From Clostridia bacterium (GTDB lineage: Bacteria; Bacillota; Clostridia; Oscillospirales; SIG627): DNA of 53,100 nucleotides. Both the position numbers and the translations under genes were made by a program. The DNA is taken from NCBI GenBank assembly GCA_017414535.1, contig JAFQMA010000021.1, positions 1 through 53,100 on the forward strand. Reading direction: 5' to 3'. Below the pieces are notes generated by a model. It made no database searches, was not told the origin of the DNA, and saw only the letters and a list, made by a program, of their open reading frames with translations. How positions within the stretch are numbered: the first letter of the stretch is position 1; each line of letters opens with the position of its first letter. Below, piece by piece: positions 9,339 to 19,633 of this stretch.

Positions 9339-10313
9339 ATGACTTTCATGAAAAACGAAAAACAAAAGACGGTTTTGGCGTTGGGCGAGCTGCTCATCGA
9401 CTTTACCTGTGTGGAAATGGATGCAGACGGTTTTCCTACCATGGCCGCTCATCCCGGCGGAGCACCCGCCAACTTCCTGGCGGCGGTGGCAAAATTCGGC
9501 GGTAAGGCTGAATTTATCGGCAAGGTTGGAAACGATGCCTTCGGTCGCGCCCTGAAGTCGAAGATGGAGGCCTGCGGCATAGGAACGGAGGGCACTGTCG
9601 TCAGCGATGAGGTCTTTACTACCCTTGCCTTCGTGACGCTGGACGAGAGCGGCGACCGCGAGTTTTCCTTTGCCCGAAAGCCCGGTGCCGACACCTGTCT
9701 GAATACAGAAGAGATCAAAACCGAGCTTTTGGAAAAGGCGGACGTTTTCCATTTCGGAACCCTTTCTCTGACCCACGAGCCTGCCAAAAGCGCTACCGTT
9801 GCCGCGGTTTCCAAGGCAAAGAAGGCAGGCTGCCTTATCAGCTTCGACCCCAATCTGAGAAAGCCCCTGTGGGACGATCTCGAACGCGCCAAGGAGGCCA
9901 TGCTGTGGGGTCTGCAGCAGGCGGATATCGTAAAGATCAGCGATGAGGAAGCAGAGTTTCTGTTTGGGCTTGAGCCCGAAAAAGCTTTGCAGGAGATCTT
10001 CGAGCGCTATCCCGTAAAGCTGCTTTACGTGACCTGCGGCAAGGAAGGCGCTTATTTTAAGAACGAAAGAGCTTCCGGCTTTGTTCCTGCCCTGAAAGAT
10101 ATCAAGGTGGTGGATACCACGGGTGCCGGCGACATTTTCGGCGGCAGTGCCATGTGGCGCTTTTTGGAAAAAAACAAGAGCCCCGAGGCGCTTACCGAGC
10201 AGGAGCTTTGCGATATCGTGCGCTTTGCCACGGCATCGGCAGGACTTTCCGCCACAAAGGCCGGCGGCATCAGCTCCGTCCCATCCCTTGCCGAGGTTTT
10301 AGAAAGAATGTAA
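9339..10313 (+). CDS. PfkB family carbohydrate kinase (fructokinase-like)
   Basis: GELLIDF, PGGAPAN, FDPNLR, VDTTGAGDIFGG. Confidence 0.92.
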   Translation: MTFMKNEKQKTVLALGELLIDFTCVEMDADGFPTMAAHPGGAPANFLAAVAKFGGKAEFIGKVGNDAFGRALKSKMEACGIGTEGTVVSDEVFTTLAFVTLDESGDREFSFARKPGADTCLNTEEIKTELLEKADVFHFGTLSLTHEPAKSATVAAVSKAKKAGCLISFDPNLRKPLWDDLERAKEAMLWGLQQADIVKISDEEAEFLFGLEPEKALQEIFERYPVKLLYVTCGKEGAYFKNERASGFVPALKDIKVVDTTGAGDIFGGSAMWRFLEKNKSPEALTEQELCDIVRFATASAGLSATKAGGISSVPSLAEVLERM

Positions 10314-10317
10314 TTAT

Positions 10318-10354
10318 AACAAAATGCCCCTGCGCCGCGCAGGGGCATTTTGTT
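10318..10354. terminator. Bidirectional intrinsic terminator after the PfkB gene
   Basis: 17-bp perfect stem AACAAAATGCCCCTGCG/CGCAGGGGCATTTTGTT. Confidence 0.85.
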
Positions 10355-10355
10355 T

Positions 10356-10880
10356 GAGGCTTGATCTCGCGCTCAAGCCGATTTACCTTTTCGCGAAGGT
10401 TCTTGACGGAATCTTTTCTGCCCTGCTCCATGGCAACGGAAAGGTCGTATGCGGCGCTGTCAAGGTAGCCCTTCTTGCGGTCAAGGGTTTCTACGCGATC
10501 CATGTACTCACCAAGGAATCCGTTCCGCTCCTTCACCGTGGCCGCATCCTTCGCGTATTCCGTCAAGATCTCGCGTGCGCTGCGGTAGGAATCGCGTTCT
10601 TGAGTCATAGAGCCTTTATCTTGGCGGTTGACAGATTCGGGAGATTGTGATAATCTGTTGTTGGAAACCTCCGAGAGATCATCGGTCGGCAATGCTTTTT
10701 TAAGCGATTTCAGCCGAAGGATAAAGTTCTCGGGGGTTTCGTTATTTTTATTGTAAACTACTTTTCCTCCAAAAATGTTGTTTTCAAGATAATTTGTTTG
10801 AATCTAAAATTGTAACAATCAAGTTGTAATTGTTTGATTTTGTCTCTCCCTCTTCAATTATCGTTTTAAACGCGGCGCGG
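10356..10880 (-). pseudogene. Orphan frameshifted fragment resembling a phage large polyvalent/virion-associated protein
   Basis: The frame stays open upstream of the listed ORF (QTNYLENNIFGGKVVYNKNNETPE...) to about 10800 and continues in another frame (EEGETKSNNYNLIVTILD). No SD or start; AT-rich 5' part; bounded by two terminators. Confidence 0.45.
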
Positions 10881-10902
10881 GTCGTTGTATTGCAAAAGAA
10901 GA

Positions 10903-10932
10903 AAAAGCGCACTTCGCAAGAAGTGCGCTTTT
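10903..10932. terminator. Intrinsic terminator of the hemolysin III family gene
   Basis: AAAAGCGCACTTC-gcaa-GAAGTGCGCTTTT. Confidence 0.8.
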
Positions 10933-10950
10933 GTATTCCTATTACATTAT

Positions 10951-11619
10951 TTACTGCAAAACATCGAGGTAGATGCCGAGGAATTGGAGCACAGCGGCGG
11001 CATCCACAAAAAGATGGAAGATGAAATGGACGTAGGGGGTATTTTTCTTTTTGCCAACAGAATAGATCACGGCTCCTACGGTATAAAAAACGCCGCCCAA
11101 GAAGATGAGGAGCATACCGAGGCCGCCTACGGCAAGGATCGCCTGCTTCATGCAGAGGATCACACACCAGCCCATGGCGATATAGCAGATCATGGAAAAG
11201 ACCTTGAAGCGCTGCATATCCACGGCGGTGAGGACGATGGCAAGAATAGCCGAGCCCCAAACGATGCCGAAAACGACCCACGCGATAACGGGATAAGCCT
11301 CACGCATGGAAATGAGGGTGATGGGAGTATAAGTGCCTGCGATGAGAAGATAAATGGTGCAGTGATCGATCACGCGAAAAGCCTTTTTCGCATTAACGGG
11401 AACAAGGCCGTGATATAGCGAGGACACGGTGAAAAGAAGGATAATAGTGCAGCAATAGACCGTGGACGCGGTAACAGACCATGGGTCGGCAGAGGGGACG
11501 GTGACAAGAAGAGAAAGGAGCAGTGCTACGATGCCTAAGGCGGCACCCAGAATATGGCTGATCATATTCCAGATCTCTTCCCTTCTGGAATAGGGCGGCA
11601 GGGTTAACGGGGTTTTCAA
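10951..11619 (-). CDS. Hemolysin III / PAQR family membrane protein (TrhA-like)
   Basis: EEIWNMISH, SSLYH, DHCTIYLLIAGTYTP, HFIFHLFV; 7 TM; TTG start with SD GGGAGG. Confidence 0.92.
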   Translation of the reverse strand: MKTPLTLPPYSRREEIWNMISHILGAALGIVALLLSLLVTVPSADPWSVTASTVYCCTIILLFTVSSLYHGLVPVNAKKAFRVIDHCTIYLLIAGTYTPITLISMREAYPVIAWVVFGIVWGSAILAIVLTAVDMQRFKVFSMICYIAMGWCVILCMKQAILAVGGLGMLLIFLGGVFYTVGAVIYSVGKKKNTPYVHFIFHLFVDAAAVLQFLGIYLDVLQ

Positions 11620-11724
11620 GTTTTATCCTCCCTTTCATTTAGTTTTCGATACTATATTAGCACCTAATGGAAGTCATGTCAATGGGTGAGGACGATATTT
11701 TTTTAAATCCTCCTCTCGCACCGC

Positions 11725-11753
11725 TTGACGGCGCGTGGGCAGCGCGTTATAAT
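11725..11753 (+). promoter_or_regulatory. Sigma-A promoter of the PRTase-ABC operon
   Basis: TTGACG-17 nt-TATAAT. Confidence 0.7.
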
Positions 11754-11813
11754 AAAAGGTGACAGTTGACATGGGTTTTTAGAGGATTTTAGACACATCA
11801 GGAAGGAAGAATC

Positions 11814-12377
11814 ATGCAGAAATATCATCACATGACCATTGCGGGCTTAGAGCGCGATCTGCCCATTTGTCCCGTAAACGAAAGCCTTTATATTGCGGGC
11901 TTTGTAATCTTCGGCGATCAGGCGCTGACCTGTGCCGCCGCAAAAGCTCTTTTGGAGAAGATCCCCTACGAATACGACTATATGCTGACGGCGGAGGCCA
12001 AGGGCATTCCGCTGATCCACGAGATGGCACGGCAATCGGGCGCCGAAAAATATTTTCTCGCTCGCAAGGCACCCAAGCTCTATATGACAGGCATTATGGA
12101 GGTGAAGGTGCAAAGCATCACCACCGCCAAGGAGCAGACCCTGTATCTTGACGCACGGGATGCGGAAATGATGCGCGGCAAGCGCATTCTTTTAGTGGAT
12201 GACGTGATCAGCACGGGCGAAAGCCTTCATGCACTGGAGGTTTTGGTAGAAAAGGCAGGCGGCACCGTTTCCGGCAGATGCGCCATATTGGCAGAGGGCG
12301 AGGCGGCAGAGAGAGACGACATCACCTATCTTGAAAAGCTGCCCTTGTTTGACAATCAGGGTCATCCCTTATCTTAA
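11814..12377 (+). CDS. Purine (adenine-type) phosphoribosyltransferase
   Basis: TAEAKGIP, ARK, and PRPP-binding motif ILLVDDVISTGES. Confidence 0.85.
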   Translation: MQKYHHMTIAGLERDLPICPVNESLYIAGFVIFGDQALTCAAAKALLEKIPYEYDYMLTAEAKGIPLIHEMARQSGAEKYFLARKAPKLYMTGIMEVKVQSITTAKEQTLYLDARDAEMMRGKRILLVDDVISTGESLHALEVLVEKAGGTVSGRCAILAEGEAAERDDITYLEKLPLFDNQGHPLS

Positions 12378-12382
12378 AAAAC

Positions 12383-14119
12383 ATGCTGAAGCGCTTTATT
12401 TCTTATTACAAGCCCCACAGGCTGTTGTTCATTCTGGATATGCTGGCCTCCCTTGCGGTGTCTCTTTTGGGTGTGGTATATCCCATCGTTACGAGAAATA
12501 TGCTGAACGATCTGATCCCCAATCAAAAGTGGCGCCAGATCGTTTTCTTCGGACTTATTCTACTGGGTCTGTACTTTATAAGGATGCTTTTGAATTTCTT
12601 TATTCAGTACAAGGGACATATTATGGGCGTTCGCATGCAAGCTCAGATGCGCAGTGATCTTTTTGCCCACATCGAAAAGCTTCCCTTCTCCTTTTTTGAT
12701 GCCAACGAGACGGGAAAGATCATGTCCCGCATGACCAATGATCTGAGAGACATTACGGAGCTGGCTCATCACGGTCCCGAGAACCTTGTGATCTGCTCCA
12801 TTTCCATTCTGGTATCCTTTACCTATCTTGCCACCATTGACTTCAGGCTATCCCTCATTGTCTTTGCGGTAGTGCCCTTTTTGGTGCTGGTATCCCTGAT
12901 CACGAGAAAAAAGATGAGAGCAGCATTCCAGCGCAACCGCGAGGCCATGGCCATCATCAACGGCTCCTTGCAGAGCAGTATTGCGGGCGTCAGAGTTACC
13001 AAGGCCTTTACGAGAGTGGAAAAGGAAACGGAAAAATTTGAGGCGGGCAACACGGAATTTGTGGAATCAAGCAAGGACGCCTACCGCTCCATGGCTACCT
13101 TTCACTCCTCCACCAGCTTCATTACCGACGTATTTAACGTAGTACTGCTGATCGCAGGCGGTATTTTCCTGTATTTCGGAGAGATCAATTTTGCGGATTA
13201 TTCTGCCTTTATCGTATCCGTCAGTCTCTTTTTAAACCCCGTGAACACACTGATCCGTTTTATGGAGCAATATCAAAACGGCGTTGCCGGCTTCGAGCGC
13301 TTCGTTGCCGTCATGGATACGAAGCCCGAGGAGGACAAGCCCGATGCCAAGGAGGCGAGCAGGCTTTCCGGCAACATCGAATTTCGCGGGGTAGTTTCCG
13401 GCTACGACGACGGTCCCGACGTGATCCGCGGCATTGATCTGAGGATCGAGGCGGGAAAGACCTTTGCGCTTGTTGGTCCCAGCGGTGGCGGAAAGACCAC
13501 GATCTGCCATCTCATCCCCCGCTTCTACAAGCTCCGCGAGGGAAAGATCCTACTGGACGGTATGGATGCAGAGGATCTGACTATGGAGAGCCTGAGACGA
13601 AACATCGGTATCGTTCAGCAGGACGTATATCTCTTTAATGCAAGCATTCGCGATAACATTCTCTACGGTCGCCCGGACGCCACCGAGGAGGAGATGCTGG
13701 AGGCGGCAAGAAGAGCTAACATCCACGAGTTCGTTTTGGGGCTTGAAAAGGGCTACGACACGGTCATCGGCGAGCGGGGCGTGCGTCTTTCGGGCGGGCA
13801 GAAGCAACGCCTTTGCATTGCCCGCGTATTCTTAAAGAATCCTCCCATTCTTATTTTGGACGAGGCTACCAGCGCACTGGATAACACCACGGAAATTCTG
13901 ATCCAGCGCTCACTGGACGAGCTTTGTCAGGGGCGCACCACCTTGGTGGTGGCACACCGTCTTTCCACCATCAAGAACGCCGACGAGATCGCCGTGATCT
14001 CCGGCGGCAGGATCACCGAGCAGGGCGATCACGACAGTCTCTTAAAGCTTGGCGGTATGTATCAGACTCTTTATGAACAGCAATTCCGAAACGATATCGA
14101 GCCTTTAGCTGAGGACTAA
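12383..14119 (+). CDS. ABC exporter, fused permease and ATPase
   Basis: N-terminal 6 TM, Walker A GPSGGGKTT, LSGGQ, ILDEATSALD, VAHRLST. Confidence 0.95.
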   Translation: MLKRFISYYKPHRLLFILDMLASLAVSLLGVVYPIVTRNMLNDLIPNQKWRQIVFFGLILLGLYFIRMLLNFFIQYKGHIMGVRMQAQMRSDLFAHIEKLPFSFFDANETGKIMSRMTNDLRDITELAHHGPENLVICSISILVSFTYLATIDFRLSLIVFAVVPFLVLVSLITRKKMRAAFQRNREAMAIINGSLQSSIAGVRVTKAFTRVEKETEKFEAGNTEFVESSKDAYRSMATFHSSTSFITDVFNVVLLIAGGIFLYFGEINFADYSAFIVSVSLFLNPVNTLIRFMEQYQNGVAGFERFVAVMDTKPEEDKPDAKEASRLSGNIEFRGVVSGYDDGPDVIRGIDLRIEAGKTFALVGPSGGGKTTICHLIPRFYKLREGKILLDGMDAEDLTMESLRRNIGIVQQDVYLFNASIRDNILYGRPDATEEEMLEAARRANIHEFVLGLEKGYDTVIGERGVRLSGGQKQRLCIARVFLKNPPILILDEATSALDNTTEILIQRSLDELCQGRTTLVVAHRLSTIKNADEIAVISGGRITEQGDHDSLLKLGGMYQTLYEQQFRNDIEPLAED

Positions 14120-14123
14120 AAAG

Positions 14124-14154
14124 AAAAAAGATCCCGATTTTCGGGATCTTTTTT
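14124..14154. terminator. Bidirectional intrinsic terminator
   Basis: AAAAAAGATCCCGA-ttt-TCGGGATCTTTTTT between convergent genes. Confidence 0.88.
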
Positions 14155-14162
14155 GCTGTAGG

Positions 14163-16304
14163 TCAGAACAGTTCAAAAACGGCAACATCGTCCCCCTCAA
14201 CGGTAAGGGAAAGAATACCGTCCTTTACGTCAGCTTTTTTGCCGTCGAAAAGGCTGACGGCGGAGGTGAAGGGTACGGGGAGAGCGATGCGGTCGCTGTG
14301 GGTGGCATAAGGATCGTCGTTGAAAACACAAAGAAGCGTTCTGCCGTCACCCTTAACAAGGCGAGGACGGAGGGCTTCGCCCTTGACCTCCGGCTCGGTA
14401 TAGCGGGAGATGAGAGCCTTGACGGCACGGAGGGCACCCTTGTCACCGCGACGGATGGCAACGCCTGCATAGGTGCCGAAATACCAAACCTCACCTCTGC
14501 CGTAACGGTGATGCGCGGAGGTCACAAGGCCGTTCCAGCCGCCCGTTGCCTCTGCGCCCTCCAGACGGAGGGGTGATAAGAACTCGGCTGTGGTCATAGT
14601 ATCCTGTACAGGCTCGTTAAGAGTCAAGACGGGGCCGCAATAGACCTCGTCGGGCCAGCGCTCGTTGCGGGCGGGACGGAAGGAAGGATCGGAGCAGTAG
14701 CTCTCCTCCTCCCTAAGGCCTGCCGCCTCGTGGAGTCCAAAGGAGGGCAGAATTGGCTGAAGGAAGCCGCGCTGATCGAAGAGACCCATGCGGGCATCGC
14801 AGATGAGAACGCCGCCTTCCTCCACAAATTTGCGGATCTTTTCCGCCACGTCGGCACGGAGGGTGAGGCACATGGGAACGATCAGAACCTTTTCACGGAT
14901 ATCGTCAATGGTGTCGTAGGTCAGATAGTGAGCGAATACGTCACACTCAAAGAGGGCCTGACAGTAGCCGGAGAAGGAATCACCATAGAGCTGATCGGTC
15001 TCCTCCATGGCCCAAAGAAGAGTGGAATTATCGGGATCGTAAAGCACGGATACCTGCGGAACGGGCTCGTGATCGCGGATCACGGGATGCAAAGACTGCA
15101 GGAGGGTGGATTGAACGGAGGCCTCACGGGCACGCTCGCTCAATTCCCCGCTGAAGGGAACGAGACCGAAGCCGCCTGCCTCGGGGCCCGTGGATTCGGT
15201 GAGGTAGCACCAATAGCAGATGCCCTTGGCACCGCACGCCACGGAAAGCCAGTTCCAACTTCGAACATCCTTGGGTCTGGTATAAGGCATTTTTTTATTA
15301 AAGCCGCGACTGTAAAGGCAACCACCCGACATTTCGGCAACCCACCAGGGCTTCCCTCTTGCGGCGGAACGGGTAGCGTCAAGCACTCCGCTCATATCGG
15401 CAAGACGCCAATCGGGTGCCTTGGGGGCAAAGGAGGTACCCCAGCCGTCCACCTCGGCGGCCAGCTTCCAGTTATGGATGCAGGCGCTTGCTCTGGCAAG
15501 AAAGGGCGGCACGGCACCGGAATGACTCAGCACCATACGGTCGGGATCTGCCTCCTTGATGACCTCATAGCGGAAGCGCATGTGGTCGGCAAGGCTGTCA
15601 AACCAGAAGCGCATGAAATCAAGCCAATCCGCGTAGCCGCCGTTTCGGTTGGGGGGATTGATCTGATCAAAGGAATTATAAGCACGGGCCCAGGTGTTGT
15701 TGAAGGTCTCGATATCCCCGTATTTATCCTCGAGCCAGCAACGGAAGGCGCGTCGGCTTTCCTCACAGTAGCAATAAAGCTTATCACCTGTATCACCCCA
15801 GAAATTACATTGCCAGACGGGTTCTAAATGGGGCTCGTTCCAGCAATCGTAGGCAAGAATACACTTATAGGAGCGCAGTGCGGTAATCAGCAGCTTTAAG
15901 TAACGGCGCATTTCCTCCCGCACGGACTCGTGATGGAAGCAAAGGCCGGGATAGCCGCCGCCTTGGGTGGAATCGTAGGGGCCAAGCTCCATGGCCTGAC
16001 CGCGGGCATTGACGTAACGCGCCTCGGGATGCTTCTCCTCCAGCCAATAGGGAGCACTTTCCAGATTGATCTCAATGAGAACGCCCTGCCCCAGCTCGTC
16101 ACAGCGACGGAGCATAGCCTCCACCTCGTCAAGATAAAGCTCGCCGCGCACGCGCTCGATCCAGTTCCACTGGAGGCGAAACTTCACTGCGTTGAAATTC
16201 AATTCATTTCGAATGCGGGTCAAATGCCAATCGTGCTGATCGGCGGGGGGATTCGGGGGTCTGTAATACTGAGATCCGTAAAGGTAGGTCTCGTCAAACA
16301 GCAT
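14163..16304 (-). CDS. GH42-like beta-galactosidase
   Basis: YGSQYY, WNWIE, WNEP acid/base, CF..CYC Zn-cluster residues, WVAEM nucleophile, trimerisation domain (FVEEGGVLI). Confidence 0.82.
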   Translation of the reverse strand: MLFDETYLYGSQYYRPPNPPADQHDWHLTRIRNELNFNAVKFRLQWNWIERVRGELYLDEVEAMLRRCDELGQGVLIEINLESAPYWLEEKHPEARYVNARGQAMELGPYDSTQGGGYPGLCFHHESVREEMRRYLKLLITALRSYKCILAYDCWNEPHLEPVWQCNFWGDTGDKLYCYCEESRRAFRCWLEDKYGDIETFNNTWARAYNSFDQINPPNRNGGYADWLDFMRFWFDSLADHMRFRYEVIKEADPDRMVLSHSGAVPPFLARASACIHNWKLAAEVDGWGTSFAPKAPDWRLADMSGVLDATRSAARGKPWWVAEMSGGCLYSRGFNKKMPYTRPKDVRSWNWLSVACGAKGICYWCYLTESTGPEAGGFGLVPFSGELSERAREASVQSTLLQSLHPVIRDHEPVPQVSVLYDPDNSTLLWAMEETDQLYGDSFSGYCQALFECDVFAHYLTYDTIDDIREKVLIVPMCLTLRADVAEKIRKFVEEGGVLICDARMGLFDQRGFLQPILPSFGLHEAAGLREEESYCSDPSFRPARNERWPDEVYCGPVLTLNEPVQDTMTTAEFLSPLRLEGAEATGGWNGLVTSAHHRYGRGEVWYFGTYAGVAIRRGDKGALRAVKALISRYTEPEVKGEALRPRLVKGDGRTLLCVFNDDPYATHSDRIALPVPFTSAVSLFDGKKADVKDGILSLTVEGDDVAVFELF

Positions 16305-16448
16305 GCTATCCTCTTTTCTTTCGCATGAGCGGAAAATGTTTTTTATTATTTAACCATAGAAAGAAGGATCATTCAATTCCCCTTTAAGCCATATTTTTTC
16401 AAAAAATGTTTTTTTCAGCAGTAAAAAGACCTCGAATGAGATCTTTCT

Positions 16449-17630
16449 TTATTTTTTTCTGAAGGGACGGTTTCCCTCGTGGCTTCGATGGGAGACTTCT
16501 CTTTGGCCGGGAGCCTTGTAGAACTGATAATAAAAGCATTTGAGCATACCGTTATAGAGCTTGCGCACGTTATCGGCACGGCGGTTAAAATACCGCTGAA
16601 ACTGGTCGTCCGCGCAGATGACGTAGATCTGCCAGCGATCCAGATTTTTCCAATGACCGCCCATGGCACTGTAAAGCTCCCGCGCCTTATCAAGGGTCTC
16701 CATACGCTCACCGTAGGGGGGATTGCACACCACGGTGCCGCGACGGCCGTGGGTCTCAATGCCGAGGGCATTCTTTGGAAAAAAGCGAATATGCTCCTCT
16801 ACGCCTGCGGAGGCGGCATTGGCGCGTGCCATATCCACCATGGCAGGATCGATATCGGTGGCAAAGGCCTCAAAGGCACTCTTTTTCATCAGGTCTCTTG
16901 CCTCTTCCCTCGCCTCTTTCCAAATAGATTCGGGAAGATCGAGAAAATCCTCAGCCAAAAAGGAGCGGAAGGAGCCGGGTGCCACGTTATCCATCATAAG
17001 GCAAGCCTCAATGGGAATGGTTCCGCTTCCGCAAAAGGGATCCCAAAAGAGGACGTCCTCACGAGGGCGGGCAATGCGGCAGAGAGCCGCTGCCAAGGTC
17101 TCGCGAATGGGAGCGGGGCCTGTCTGCTTTCGGTAGCCGCGCTTATAGAGAGCATCACCCGAGGTATCGATCAAAAGAGTTGCCCGGTCGTTCAGCACGA
17201 AAAACTCGATCTGCACGCGGGCGGCCTCCTCACGAAACCAGGAGATACCGTACTCCTCACCGAGTCGGGAAACCACCGCCTTCTTGACAATGCTTTGCAT
17301 ATCGGGAATGCTTTTCAGGGCACTTCTGACGCTGTGCCCCTTGACGGGAAAAGCGTCGTCAGGCCCGATCCAGCGCTCCCAAGGAAGGTTTTTTGTGCCT
17401 TGAAACAGCTCCTCAAAGCTCGTAGCCGTAAAGGACCCCATTTTGATAAACACGCGCTCTGCAAAGCGTAGCCAGAGATTGGCACGGGCAATAGCGGAAA
17501 GAGGACCGCGGAAGGTGACTCTTCCGTCCTGCGTTTCCACGCGCTCGTAGCCCAAGGCATCGATCTCCTCTCCTACGAATTTTTCCAATCCGAACAGACA
17601 GGTGGCGCAAAGCTCGATCATTTCTTCCAT
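16449..17630 (-). CDS. THUMP-domain rRNA methyltransferase (RlmL/YpsC-like)
   Basis: FGLE, DTSGDALYKRGYR, APIRETLAAA, DPFCGSGTIPIE, NPPYGER. Confidence 0.92.
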   Translation of the reverse strand: MEEMIELCATCLFGLEKFVGEEIDALGYERVETQDGRVTFRGPLSAIARANLWLRFAERVFIKMGSFTATSFEELFQGTKNLPWERWIGPDDAFPVKGHSVRSALKSIPDMQSIVKKAVVSRLGEEYGISWFREEAARVQIEFFVLNDRATLLIDTSGDALYKRGYRKQTGPAPIRETLAAALCRIARPREDVLFWDPFCGSGTIPIEACLMMDNVAPGSFRSFLAEDFLDLPESIWKEAREEARDLMKKSAFEAFATDIDPAMVDMARANAASAGVEEHIRFFPKNALGIETHGRRGTVVCNPPYGERMETLDKARELYSAMGGHWKNLDRWQIYVICADDQFQRYFNRRADNVRKLYNGMLKCFYYQFYKAPGQREVSHRSHEGNRPFRKK

Positions 17631-17639
17631 AGAAGCTCC

Positions 17640-19494
<1,855 letters not shown>

Positions 19495-19633
19495 AGGGTG
19501 CTCCGAAACAAACAGTTGTAATTGCAAAAGCTTTATGTTATAATAAAAACGTTTTATAAAGATCTCAGTAGCGTTGTTTTACTCTACAAGGTGCTATTAT
19601 AGTACAAAAAATCCATTCTGTCAAAGGATCCTT

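Noticed and set aside
10270-10692. 140-aa ORF as an intact gene
   Set aside because: No SD, the frame is open upstream of the TTG, and the 3' end reads through a terminator into pfkB; treated as a relic instead.
14730-15827. Long antisense ORFs over GH42 (similar ones over ROK, rlmL-like, tgt, PBP1A, ABC and amidase genes)
   Set aside because: Each mirrors a well-supported gene on the other strand and lacks an RBS or recognisable domain.
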